From: an uncultured bacterium
Lineage (GTDB): Bacteria > Patescibacteriota > Minisyncoccia > Phycocordibacterales > GWA1-40-21
Length of the DNA: 64,000 nt
Direction of reading: 5' to 3'
NCBI GenBank assembly: GCA_963798465.1
Contig: CAWCTC010000001.1
Coordinates: 68,315 to 132,314 of the forward strand
Position numbers and translations under genes: made by a program. The notes under the pieces are model-generated. The model had not been told where the DNA came from. It made no database searches and saw only the letters and a program-made list of their open reading frames with translations. Below are positions 52,045 to 61,631 of this stretch, piece by piece; positions within the stretch are counted from its first letter, which is position 1; the number at the start of each line of letters is the position of its first letter.

Positions 52045-52509
52045 ATGAACAAGGAAAAAGACAACAAAAAAATAATTGAAGACCTTCTCACCACTCTTGG
52101 TGTGAAATATGATTCCGTGGAAGAAACGGAAGATCCGATTACTCAGAAAAAATTATTTATTATAAAAACTCCTGAATCCGGACTTCTTATAGGAGATCGC
52201 GGAGACACTTTTCAGGCGCTTTCTCATTTGATAAGAAGAATTGCCAGCAAAGGAATGGAGGAAATGGCGGATTTTGCAATCGATGTGAATGATTACAGAT
52301 CATCGATGGTTGAAAATTTAAAATTAAAAGCAAATATGCTTGCAAACAGAGCAAGAGACATGAAAGCAAATGTGGAGATGGAGCCGATGACATCTTACGA
52401 AAGACTTATCATTCACGGAGTGCTTTCCGGACAGCCGAATATAAAAACAGAATCCACGGGAGAAGGAAAAGACAGACGGCTGGTTATAAAATATATTGAG
52501 GAGAAATAA
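52045..52509 (+). CDS. jag: Jag/KhpB-type RNA-binding protein (KH-like plus R3H domains)
   Basis: 154 aa; GDRGDTFQALSHLIRRI and an R3H-like YERLIIHGVLS. Conserved position after yidC. Confidence 0.8.
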   Translation: MNKEKDNKKIIEDLLTTLGVKYDSVEETEDPITQKKLFIIKTPESGLLIGDRGDTFQALSHLIRRIASKGMEEMADFAIDVNDYRSSMVENLKLKANMLANRARDMKANVEMEPMTSYERLIIHGVLSGQPNIKTESTGEGKDRRLVIKYIEEK

Positions 52510-52571
52510 GAATGTTGGTTTTAAATTTTAGCTATTCCCCCGATGCTCTGTATCGGACCATATCCTGTATT

Positions 52572-52648
52572 GTCTTTGCGAACGAAGTGAAGCAATCCAG
52601 AATTACATACAATACAAACCTGGATTGCCACGCTACGCTCGCAAAGAC
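52572..52648. repeat. hairpin repeat of the GTC(T/A)TTGCGA(A/G)CGAAG(T/C)GAAGCAA family
   Basis: GTCTTTGCGAACGAAGTGAAGCAATCCAG - 19 nt - CTGGATTGCCACGCTACGCTCGCAAAGAC. The related half-site GTCATTGCGAGCGAAGCGAAGCAA sits inside metG (6677-6700, minus strand). Confidence 0.75.
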
Positions 52649-52700
52649 ATATGAAATAACAAATACCTCGTGTGCTCTGCACCGAGGTAGTTTATTAATA

Positions 52701-52731
52701 AAAATGGCGGCCGCTTCGCGGCCGCCATTTT
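52701..52731. terminator. bidirectional terminator (NotI-stem family) between jag and the T4SS-like cluster
   Basis: AAAATGGCGGCCGC-TTC-GCGGCCGCCATTTT. Confidence 0.7.
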
Positions 52732-52735
52732 TATT

Positions 52736-53971
52736 TTATTGATTAATCTTCAGCAACCATAAACTTAGATCATTTTTATTCATAAAAGAAATATATTGAT
52801 CGTCGGGACTTATCATCGGATTAATGACATCTATCTGCGCGTTTTCATTTATTCCAACTTGGTATAGTAATTTTGTTTCACCTGTATTTGTATTTATTGA
52901 CCAGATATTGTCGCTGAATGAAACAAGACCTTGATACCAAGCGTCAGGATAATTACTTGCAGTAATTACATTTGGAATCGCGCAATAAAGCATTGTGTTG
53001 TCCTCTATTCCCCAAACACATTTGTCAGCCAGGGTATTTGCCTGTATGTTTTTATTTGTTTCATTTTTTACATCGTAAACATTGAATGAAAAAGAATTTC
53101 CATTACTTGTGGAATAAGCAACCAGGCTTGCATCGCTGTTTGTGATTGTAGACAAACCAAGCATACCTCCTATTATTCTGCTCATTGAGCCTGTTTGAGG
53201 ACTGAAGAAGAATAGATAACCTTTGTATTTATATGACGGTTTTGTTGTCATTGTTATAACGCTTTCCTTCGGCCATGAAATATTCCAATCGAGAACTGAA
53301 GAATTGAAAATTTGTTTTTCTGAAGAGCCTGTTGAAGACAAACTTACGCCGTATGTTTCGTTGTTATTAATCATTAATCCAAAAAGACTGTTTCCTGCAG
53401 GATCTGCAACTAGCTGATTCAAATTTGGAGTTATGAAAGATCCGGTTATGCTGCCCAAAACTCCGCTTGCAGTGCTTGTGCCAACAGTTATTTTGGCTAA
53501 ATAACTGTCTATAACATTTGTGCCAGTATCAAGATATCTAAAAGCTAAATTATTTCCACCATTCAGCCAGACTGCTTCCTGAACTTTCGGTATGGTTTCA
53601 TTCGTCAGTCTTGTCGGCGCGCCGGTTTGCGTGGACGGAATATATTCATAAACATTTCCATTTGATCTGTCGACAAATCTGATTACATCTTGATTGCTTT
53701 TATTTAAAAATAAATTTGAGCCGGATGTTGGATTTTTATATAATTCTATCAGCTGTGCCGTGGTTTTTATATTTTGCGTAATATTCTGGCCAGTTCCGCT
53801 TGTTGTCGATGCTGAATTTTGAGTCGCTGAAGGGGTTCCAAATGGATTTTGATTTGTCGGACCGGCCGAGGATTTTTTTGATTGATTTGTATAAAAATAA
53901 AAGAAAATCAAACCACCCGCAATAAGCAGGACAATTAAGGATATTATTATGATTGAATTTCTTTTGGACAT
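52736..53971 (-). CDS. membrane-anchored exported protein of unknown function (last gene of T4SS-like cluster)
   Basis: 411 aa with N-terminal TM (IIIISLIVLLIAGGLIFFYF), a low-complexity linker and a beta-rich body, possibly propeller-like. Confidence 0.5.
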   Translation of the reverse strand: MSKRNSIIIISLIVLLIAGGLIFFYFYTNQSKKSSAGPTNQNPFGTPSATQNSASTTSGTGQNITQNIKTTAQLIELYKNPTSGSNLFLNKSNQDVIRFVDRSNGNVYEYIPSTQTGAPTRLTNETIPKVQEAVWLNGGNNLAFRYLDTGTNVIDSYLAKITVGTSTASGVLGSITGSFITPNLNQLVADPAGNSLFGLMINNNETYGVSLSSTGSSEKQIFNSSVLDWNISWPKESVITMTTKPSYKYKGYLFFFSPQTGSMSRIIGGMLGLSTITNSDASLVAYSTSNGNSFSFNVYDVKNETNKNIQANTLADKCVWGIEDNTMLYCAIPNVITASNYPDAWYQGLVSFSDNIWSINTNTGETKLLYQVGINENAQIDVINPMISPDDQYISFMNKNDLSLWLLKINQ

Positions 53972-53980
53972 GTTAATAAT

Positions 53981-54670
53981 TTATATACATTTGGTCCCAG
54001 TTACGTCTGGCAACGCGGGTGGAGTACATGTAAGAGTTGGGTTTGGATTAACTGGTGCAGCATTTTTTACAGCATTTGCGCCAGCTCCCGCGGTCCCAGG
54101 TGTAAGAGTAGTTGTACCATTATACAAATCAGAAAATGAATAGTTGGGAACGTCTGATGATGTTGAATTATTTGAGGAAAGAAAAGTATTCGCGGTATTG
54201 CACCCCACACCTTTTCCAAGTCCTGCAAAATCTACGAGGCATGGATTTATTGTCCAAAGAATCGTGTATGAAACCAAAGCTAAACCTAATCCCCAAAGTG
54301 CATCCCCGATTCTTTTTTTGCCATTGTCCTTGCCTTCCCATGAATCGGTTGTCATATATTCTATTCCTCCCCAAACCATCATTATAAAAGCCAGAGTTAC
54401 AGCTATTGCTATTCCGAAATTAAAAACTTGCGTCAAAAAGTCGCTTAAGCTGGTAATTGAATTTGTAACTCCTACGCCAATGAAAGCAGCTGGTTCAAGC
54501 GGAACATATACTGAACATTTAGTACTGGAATCTGAGCCACTATTTCCATTATTAAAATACAATCCACTTGTTGAGTCGCAGGTTCCAAGTGCAAAAGTTG
54601 CCACCGGTGCAAAAGATGCGACTGTGATTATTGCCATTATTAATATGTATATTTTTAATAAATTTTTCAT
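53981..54670 (-). CDS. T4SS pilin-like protein (VirB2/TrbC-like topology)
   Basis: Signal peptide, then two hydrophobic helices around a charged loop: FNFGIAIAVTLAFIMMVWGGIEYMTTDSWEGKDNGKKRIGDALWGLGLALVSYTILWTI. A Cys-containing C-terminal extension follows. Confidence 0.55.
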   Translation of the reverse strand: MKNLLKIYILIMAIITVASFAPVATFALGTCDSTSGLYFNNGNSGSDSSTKCSVYVPLEPAAFIGVGVTNSITSLSDFLTQVFNFGIAIAVTLAFIMMVWGGIEYMTTDSWEGKDNGKKRIGDALWGLGLALVSYTILWTINPCLVDFAGLGKGVGCNTANTFLSSNNSTSSDVPNYSFSDLYNGTTTLTPGTAGAGANAVKNAAPVNPNPTLTCTPPALPDVTGTKCI

Positions 54671-54675
54671 GGTAT

Positions 54676-55740
54676 TTATTGTCCAAAATTTATATTGAAG
54701 CCGGCGGTGGCATATTGGAATATTCTGGAAATATTATTGACGGTCAGTGAAACCGATGCGCTTCCGACGAGATTTGTCTGAGTTTGCTTCATTAACAATT
54801 CATTCGGCTTGTCGCCGCTGCTTACGGCACTGCCGTTTACTGTCCACTGATATGACGAGTCGCTTCCGGAATCGCTGAGAAGATTGAAAAAGAACGGTTC
54901 TGCTATTATATTCACTTCTTCTTTTGTTCCTAAATAATAATTATTTGTTATTGCTTCATTATATAATATTCCGTAAATCGGGCTATCTTCATAAAAAAGT
55001 ATTGTGGGATCGGATGCTGTCACTACGGTTGAATTTGTGGCAAGTGTGTTTCCAGATGAATCCAATACTTCCACATCTACATCTATGTCTCTTATTGGCA
55101 CACTGCCGTTTACCGTGATTGAATCTTTGCCCATTCCGGAATCATCCGACATATATGTATCATTTACACTCCATCTGAAAATAAGATTTTTTGAACTGGC
55201 TTTGCTGCCGTTTATTAATACATCAGGAATTGCAATTATTTTTGCCGTTCCTTGGCTGGCGAAAATAGCGTTGCCTTTATAAAAAGGAGGAACATAAGAT
55301 GTCGGCTCTATTACTAAATCCACATCCGATGCTCTGACTTCCGTTGAAGATTGAAAAGTCGTGCCGTCTGATGTTTCAACAACAACTTTTATTTCAGTGG
55401 CTTGGTCGCCATTTTTGGCTTGCACGACTAAACTGTTTGCTCCGATGTCATTTTCTTTTATGGTTCCGTCAACATACCATGTTATTTTTGCCGAATCCAA
55501 ATCTACAGAGTAACTCGATACTGTTAAAGTCACATTATCTCCTTCCTGCGGATTTGGCGTGGATGCGTTTATTGTTATAGCACTAGTTTGAGCTGATTGT
55601 GCTGAAACTTTATTGCAGATTATAGTTTGAGCGCAGAAAAATATTATGACAAGTAAAGATGCTCCAACCAATCGTTTTGTGTTGAGAGATGAAAAAAAAA
55701 TATGCGCTGAGCTTATTATTTTTTTAAAAATACTTGGCAT
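54676..55740 (-). CDS. secreted beta-rich protein of unknown function (T4SS-like cluster)
   Basis: 354 aa with a signal/TM and a Ser/Thr/Asn-rich, Ig-like-looking body. Confidence 0.45.
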   Translation of the reverse strand: MPSIFKKIISSAHIFFSSLNTKRLVGASLLVIIFFCAQTIICNKVSAQSAQTSAITINASTPNPQEGDNVTLTVSSYSVDLDSAKITWYVDGTIKENDIGANSLVVQAKNGDQATEIKVVVETSDGTTFQSSTEVRASDVDLVIEPTSYVPPFYKGNAIFASQGTAKIIAIPDVLINGSKASSKNLIFRWSVNDTYMSDDSGMGKDSITVNGSVPIRDIDVDVEVLDSSGNTLATNSTVVTASDPTILFYEDSPIYGILYNEAITNNYYLGTKEEVNIIAEPFFFNLLSDSGSDSSYQWTVNGSAVSSGDKPNELLMKQTQTNLVGSASVSLTVNNISRIFQYATAGFNINFGQ

Positions 55741-55778
55741 TTCAACTAAAATTATAACACATATTTGTTAAATATATA

Positions 55779-57596
55779 CTATATTCCTTGGGCTATTTTG
55801 AGTTCCTCCTTTGCTCTTTTGATATTCAGAAGCTGTGATGGATCTGAAGTGATAATTTGGTCCTCGGTATATGAAGCGATTATTTTAATGGCAACATGTT
55901 TCAAACCTACGAAGAACATTCCTTCCCCGACGTTTGATTCGAGCAGAAGATATTTTTCTTCATCTGTCAGATTGAAAACTTTTTGTAAGTTGTCCACGAC
56001 TGTCGGCGATTGCTTCAAAAGAATTAAGATTGAGGAGTTTGTGACAATCGGCAAACCATAAGGGGATTTCAAAAAGTCTTCGACATCCTGGGTAATCGTG
56101 GCAAGTCCAAGGAAATATTTTCTTCCTCTTTTTGCCATTCCAAAAAGGAAAGAAGCCGCATCGTCTGATTTCATCATGACCCAAGCTTCATCTACGACAA
56201 GCAATCTTTTCTTTTTGTTTCTTCTGACTGCGTTCCAGATATAATGAGTGATGATATACATTGCGACAGTTTTTAATTCATCTTCCATGTCTCTGATCGA
56301 GAAAACCACGAATTTGTAATTTATATTCAAGTTTGTCGGCTTATTCAAAAAGCCAGACCAAGTTCCTCGGGTGTATTTTGAAAGTCTTTGAACAATTGAC
56401 TCGGCACCTTTCATTCCTGAAAGAACGAGTTCAAAATCTGAAAGAAGCGGAGGCTCAACATTTGAAAAGTCTGAGTCGGGTGTGATGTCTTTTAATGCGT
56501 ATGTTTCGGCGATTGCTCTGTCGACTATTGCGTCTTCTTCTGGAGTCAATCCTCCGAGCATTATTCTAAAAAGTCCAACAAGATTTATAATGTTGCTTCT
56601 TAGTACATCGGCAGGAGCTTCATCTTCGGCAGGCATTGGCAGATCAAAAGGATTTATATGACTTGTTGAGTTCAGTGAAATATTAAATGATTTTCCTCCT
56701 GTGGCTTCCGCAAGAGCCTCATATTCTTTTTCAGGATCAATGACAATAACATCAACATCAAACATAAGGCTTCTCAAAATTTCGAGCTTTGTGCAATATG
56801 ATTTTCCGGAACCTGATTTTGCAAAAGTCACAGAGCTGTAGTTTTCAAGAGAAAATCTGTCAAAAATTACCAAGCTTGCATTGTGTCTGTTTATTCCGTA
56901 AAGGATTCCTTTATCTGATGTAAGATCGAAGGAAACAAATGGAAAAATACTTGAGAGCGGAGAAGAATTTAATTTTGAATGGATATCAAGCAAGTCTGTA
57001 GCTATTGGCAATATGCTCTTGAAGCCTTGTTCTTGCTGGAATAGAGCTGGCTTTACATAAATCAGCTTTGATTCAAGTATAGATTTTATTTCAGCTTCAA
57101 CTTTATCCAATTCCTCATCGGAATCGCCATATATCGTGATATAAAGTCCTACATCAAAAAGTTTTTCCTGAGCCTGCTGAAGATTGTCTCTCAAAGATTC
57201 CAAATCTTGATATGCGGTATCGAGCACAGGATCTCTGACAAGTCCTTTTTTTTCTCTGGCATTTATCTGACTCTGCACTTCGGCCACTTTTTTCTGGAAT
57301 TGTCTCAAAACTTTTGCCGTATCTATAGGCTGGATGAATATTGAAATATTGAAAATTTTATCAAGGTTTATCATCGGCGAAAACCAGCTTTCCGACAGAA
57401 AACGAGGATATGAAATGACATAAAAAGTTCTGACGATTTTTTCTCCGAGATTAAGTTCCTTCGGTGAGATTTTTAAAGCTGAAGGTGCGATGATATCTTG
57501 CAATTCCAAAACACCCGCTTCGTATATTTCCTGTGGTAGGAATGAAGTCAGTTGTTCGTCTTTCTTTTTTGGTTTTAAAAAATCAAGTGGTCCCAT
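55779..57596 (-). CDS. VirB4/TrbE-family type IV secretion ATPase
   Basis: 605 aa. Walker A is FAKSGSGKSY and Walker B is KKRLLVVDEAWVMM. The N-terminal region is typical of Gram-positive-type VirB4 (RTFYVISYPRFL). Confidence 0.85.
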   Translation of the reverse strand: MGPLDFLKPKKKDEQLTSFLPQEIYEAGVLELQDIIAPSALKISPKELNLGEKIVRTFYVISYPRFLSESWFSPMINLDKIFNISIFIQPIDTAKVLRQFQKKVAEVQSQINAREKKGLVRDPVLDTAYQDLESLRDNLQQAQEKLFDVGLYITIYGDSDEELDKVEAEIKSILESKLIYVKPALFQQEQGFKSILPIATDLLDIHSKLNSSPLSSIFPFVSFDLTSDKGILYGINRHNASLVIFDRFSLENYSSVTFAKSGSGKSYCTKLEILRSLMFDVDVIVIDPEKEYEALAEATGGKSFNISLNSTSHINPFDLPMPAEDEAPADVLRSNIINLVGLFRIMLGGLTPEEDAIVDRAIAETYALKDITPDSDFSNVEPPLLSDFELVLSGMKGAESIVQRLSKYTRGTWSGFLNKPTNLNINYKFVVFSIRDMEDELKTVAMYIITHYIWNAVRRNKKKRLLVVDEAWVMMKSDDAASFLFGMAKRGRKYFLGLATITQDVEDFLKSPYGLPIVTNSSILILLKQSPTVVDNLQKVFNLTDEEKYLLLESNVGEGMFFVGLKHVAIKIIASYTEDQIITSDPSQLLNIKRAKEELKIAQGI

Positions 57597-57603
57597 ATAT
57601 TTT

Positions 57604-58260
57604 TTATTTATTTGGCATTATCGGCTTTTCCAGATCTCCAGGATTGAATATTTTGTAGAATAATTCGACAATTTCTTCCGTTCCAAGCTGGATCGTTCTG
57701 ATTCCGCATCTGGATAATCCTTGAGAAACTGTTCCTATTCTTTCTTCAAGCTGTGTTCTGTATTCTTCAAAATGATCATTTTTTGTTTCAGAGGATTTTG
57801 TTTGCGGTTTGCCCATTATCTGATTAAATGGATTAGATGATGAACTTATTGTCGCGGGAGAATAAGGAATTACTACGAAAAATGATTTTGTCATTATACT
57901 TGTCTGATCCACAAAATTTTTTATGAATGCAATATATTCCCTTATCTGTATTTTCATAAGATCTCCCAATTCATTTTTATATCTTTCTTCGAGCGTCGCT
58001 ATATATGGCCTAATGTCCAACTGTCTGGACTGTATTGAAATTTGGATGGAAAAATCCAATCCATTCAAGAAAGTTTGAAATTGCAATATTACAGCTTGTT
58101 GTTCGTCTGCAGATTTTAAAGCGAAGTTTATGGATGAAGCCAAGACGACAGCTCTCATGGAGCCATCTTTCAACATCACGATACCGTCGCGAATTTCTTT
58201 TATTGGAACAAAATCTTGTGTTGCTTTTGAAACTGCCATTTGTATTTGCTTATTATACAC
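57604..58260 (-). CDS. cluster protein resembling the VirB4 N-terminal region (no ATPase motifs)
   Basis: 218 aa; QDFVPIKEIRDGIVMLKDGSMRAVVLASSINFALKSADEQ.. parallels the N-terminus of the adjacent ATPase. Confidence 0.4.
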   Translation of the reverse strand: MYNKQIQMAVSKATQDFVPIKEIRDGIVMLKDGSMRAVVLASSINFALKSADEQQAVILQFQTFLNGLDFSIQISIQSRQLDIRPYIATLEERYKNELGDLMKIQIREYIAFIKNFVDQTSIMTKSFFVVIPYSPATISSSSNPFNQIMGKPQTKSSETKNDHFEEYRTQLEERIGTVSQGLSRCGIRTIQLGTEEIVELFYKIFNPGDLEKPIMPNK

Positions 58261-58300
58261 AAAAAACCGGAAACATTATATGGATATTGTTTTTTGCGCC

Positions 58301-58741
58301 TCATTGTCCGTCATTTTCTTCTCTCGTGACCGGATTTAAACTTTCTTTTACATCCAAGCTCCAAGTCAAATCTTTGAGTTTACTTTCAGACATTTTTGGA
58401 ACTGAGATTAGTGATTTTGCCTGTTCTACCTGGTCAGAAAATTGCGAAATCGGTTTTTTTTCTTCTTTTCTCCATAAATAAAGTTTGTCTCCCAAAAAAT
58501 AATAAAAAGCCGATTGGACCATATCGATAAAAGGCTTGTTATTTACTTTATAAAAAGCTAAAGCCAGAGTAAAACCGGCGATGGGAATTATCATGATTAC
58601 TGACAGTATTTTATACGGTATATATATAAACAACGCCACGCAAGCTCCTGTACCTCCAGCCAAATATAAAAACTGTTTCAAGGTCAGTGGACCAAAGATT
58701 TTATCTTCTATTTCTATGAATTGTGGAACTTGAAACTGCAT
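58301..58741 (-). CDS. PrgI/VirB3-like small membrane protein
   Basis: 146 aa; MQFQVPQFIEIEDKIFGPLTLKQFLYLAGG followed by two TM helices. Confidence 0.6.
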   Translation of the reverse strand: MQFQVPQFIEIEDKIFGPLTLKQFLYLAGGTGACVALFIYIPYKILSVIMIIPIAGFTLALAFYKVNNKPFIDMVQSAFYYFLGDKLYLWRKEEKKPISQFSDQVEQAKSLISVPKMSESKLKDLTWSLDVKESLNPVTREENDGQ

Positions 58742-58765
58742 AAAATTTTCTTTTTGAAATTAAAA

Positions 58766-59452
58766 TTACATGAATGTTTCTCTGTAAGGATCGCTTGAAG
58801 AAGCTGGCTTTTCAGGTAGTTTTGTTTTTTCCTCGGAAATTACTGTTTCTTTCGGTATTGCGACAGGTTCTGTCATTTTTGTTTCTACAATATTTTGAAT
58901 CGGCGGAATATTTTGATGCAGAGGTTCCGTTTTTTGTGCGGATATAAAACTTGTCGGAAACGATGCTACTGGAGCGACTTCCGGAAGATTATTCGTTTGT
59001 ATCTCTATTCCCTCTTTTGCCATATCGGCATGGATTTCCTGAGTCGGAATATTTAATTTTATCGGAGTAGCAAGAGGTTCATTTTCTTTATTTTCATCAG
59101 TGATTTTTTCAGAAGCTTCTGCCTCGGCTGTCTCGCTATTTATCTGTTTCAAAAAATCTCTGACACTTTTAAAAATCGTTTCATTGACATCATGTGAGAC
59201 GACGGAAGCTTGGATGCTGGATAGGCCGACATTCTTCATAAGACTCTGCGTATAATTTTCCAGAGGTTCAAGACCGAAAAGAACCAGCATCGTTGCAGTT
59301 TCTAATCCTGCAGCTTGATCAATCAATAATTTATTATTTTTTACAATCTCCTGAAGTTTTGCAGACAAATCAGCATCAGTAATAGCTCTTTGAACTTCCG
59401 GAGGAAGCGCGCTGAACTGTTTTTGCAAATCTTGTGTTGTTGTGTCGTCCAT
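58766..59452 (-). CDS. hypothetical protein (T4SS-like cluster)
   Basis: 228 aa, no TM. I recognise no family. Confidence 0.4.
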   Translation of the reverse strand: MDDTTTQDLQKQFSALPPEVQRAITDADLSAKLQEIVKNNKLLIDQAAGLETATMLVLFGLEPLENYTQSLMKNVGLSSIQASVVSHDVNETIFKSVRDFLKQINSETAEAEASEKITDENKENEPLATPIKLNIPTQEIHADMAKEGIEIQTNNLPEVAPVASFPTSFISAQKTEPLHQNIPPIQNIVETKMTEPVAIPKETVISEEKTKLPEKPASSSDPYRETFM

Positions 59453-59471
59453 ATTTTTATTTTTTTTAAAT

Positions 59472-61556
59472 TTATATTATTGGCTTATCATTTGGATTTT
59501 GTTTATCCGTAGCTTTTGGCCCACCTGCATCAGGTTTTTCATTTTCGGTCTTTTCTTCGCTACTAATATTATAACCGCCTTCTTTCATTTGTTTTTGCAA
59601 AGCTAAGAAAGCCTTTGAAATATCCTGACGGTTTCCTGCCCATAATTCATTAGTAAGTTTTTGTTTACGTTTGCCAAATAATGTGATGCTCGGGGTTTTT
59701 TCCAAATTGCTTATGTATTTATTTCTGGCTTCACTCGATTTAATTATTTTTTCATCCAATTCTTCATTTTCTTTATTAAACACATCAAAACTCTTTCCCG
59801 ATCTTTCGGCAATTCTTTTGGCTTCGTCTTCAATGAAGACTTTAAATTTCTTATCTGCAACATCAAAATCAGCCTTTGCTTTGTCCAACATTCCTTTTAT
59901 TTGTGGATCATTGGGACTTTTTGCCGATTCTTCTTTTAGTTTGTTAAATTTTTCTTCAGAATTGTCTCGTACCTTTTTCTCGTCTGATGAACCTACTTCT
60001 TTAGATTTTATAGCTTGACTTCTAAAAGAATCTTTTGTTGCTTCTATTTCCTTTTGTCTGTCTTGATATTTTTTAGGACCTATGGCTTCCGCTGCTTTCC
60101 TTATTTTATCTTCATTTTCTTTCTGATTTTTTTCATTGTTTTTCAACAATTTATCTATATCTACGAATCCGCCAGTTGCACCTTTAACTCCCCCATAAAG
60201 ATTACTTTTTACAACATTTGAGGCCATTCCAGCTACGCCAGTATGTTCGCCGGTAAATACCTTTGTAACATTTTTTCCAAAACTTGTAGGAAAATTCTTA
60301 AGCGCATTATTTCCGCGAGCAAGGAGTTGTCCAACTTTTCCTTTTCCGGCTGTTTTTGCTGCTAATTCTGCCTCTGCTGCGTCAGCTCCCAAAAGCCCTT
60401 CTGCCCCAGCAGCCAGTCCGCCCGTTGCTAACATCGCACCTGCAACTGCAACTGTTTTTCCAACATTCACTGCAATTTCTCCGACTTTTCCGCTTAATTT
60501 TTGAGTCAATTTCATTCCTTGCAGTAGCAATACTATTACTAATATGTAAAAGAAATATGATCCCATATTCGCAGCTACTGGTGAAGCATCGCTTTGAGTA
60601 ATATTTGATGTGAGATTGGCTAAAGTATTATTTTGCAGCAATTTTACGACCACTAGCAGAAAAAATAGGAATACCGGGGCCACAAGTATTTGATTCGTAA
60701 GCGCTTTCCACCAATCTTTGGAATGCTGGCTTATCCATGGTATGGAGCCGAAAACAAAACCTATAGGAGAAGCTATCGCCAAGAACATCAGCATCACAGT
60801 TCTTCCTATGAAGAGCCAACATCCATAAAAAAATACCCACATAAGTAAGATAATCACCACGCATTGCAATACCATTGCTGTGATTTGAGCTTGCTGCGAC
60901 GCCAGCGAAACAGTTAAAAGCATATTAGTAAAACTATGTATGTTTAATGAGGTGCTCAGTATATTCGATATATTGCCATTGCTTATAATTTGTATTTGAC
61001 TGTAAAGTGCAGCTGCAACAAAATTGCCGGCATCTATAAGAATTTTTGTAAAAAACATACTGAAGTTTATCATTATCACGTCTATTATCACGTTTGTAAG
61101 AGTTGTTGCTGACTTAACTCCCCAGCTTCCGATTATTTTTGTTATGGCGATGTAAAGAAGGATAAAAATAAAGACAATATTTATTGTATCTCTGAGTGTT
61201 TGCCAGAGTATATTTATACTACCCGCACTATCAAACAAAAGTTTAATGTTGAAGATTGAAAAATTGATTGCCATATCAAATAAAGATCCGAAAAAAGAAA
61301 GAAACCAGCCTAGAACTGCCACTATCATTCTAAGAATGATACCAGTTTGTACAAAATTATCTTGGTTCGCAACTCCTCCTGCCACGTCCCATACACCACT
61401 AAGTGTATAGTTTGGTCCGCTGTTAGTAGTAGCTGTTGTTGCAGTTGTGGCTCCCGTGCTAGCAGCGGCGTGAACATTATGAAAAACAAAAAAGCCACCC
61501 AACACTAAGAAGAGTAAAATTAATGCAACAGATTTTTTTGTAAAAAACCTTTTCAT
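59472..61556 (-). CDS. VirB6/TrbL-like polytopic membrane protein with long charged C-terminal tail
   Basis: 694 aa: signal peptide, at least 6 TM helices over ~350 aa, a Gly/Ala-rich segment, then a Lys/Glu-rich ~250 aa tail. Confidence 0.6.
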   Translation of the reverse strand: MKRFFTKKSVALILLFLVLGGFFVFHNVHAAASTGATTATTATTNSGPNYTLSGVWDVAGGVANQDNFVQTGIILRMIVAVLGWFLSFFGSLFDMAINFSIFNIKLLFDSAGSINILWQTLRDTINIVFIFILLYIAITKIIGSWGVKSATTLTNVIIDVIMINFSMFFTKILIDAGNFVAAALYSQIQIISNGNISNILSTSLNIHSFTNMLLTVSLASQQAQITAMVLQCVVIILLMWVFFYGCWLFIGRTVMLMFLAIASPIGFVFGSIPWISQHSKDWWKALTNQILVAPVFLFFLLVVVKLLQNNTLANLTSNITQSDASPVAANMGSYFFYILVIVLLLQGMKLTQKLSGKVGEIAVNVGKTVAVAGAMLATGGLAAGAEGLLGADAAEAELAAKTAGKGKVGQLLARGNNALKNFPTSFGKNVTKVFTGEHTGVAGMASNVVKSNLYGGVKGATGGFVDIDKLLKNNEKNQKENEDKIRKAAEAIGPKKYQDRQKEIEATKDSFRSQAIKSKEVGSSDEKKVRDNSEEKFNKLKEESAKSPNDPQIKGMLDKAKADFDVADKKFKVFIEDEAKRIAERSGKSFDVFNKENEELDEKIIKSSEARNKYISNLEKTPSITLFGKRKQKLTNELWAGNRQDISKAFLALQKQMKEGGYNISSEEKTENEKPDAGGPKATDKQNPNDKPII

Positions 61557-61631
61557 CTATATATGACAGAATTATAACACTCTGTTCAAAAAAACACCAA
61601 ATATATTTCTGATAAAAATACCAAATCTTTT

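Noticed and set aside
52512-52742. 76-aa plus-strand ORF after jag
   Set aside because: It is composed of the hairpin repeat (52572-52648) and the NotI-stem terminator. Its peptide (..FANEVKQSRI..LDCHATLAKT..) is the usual translation artefact of such repeats.
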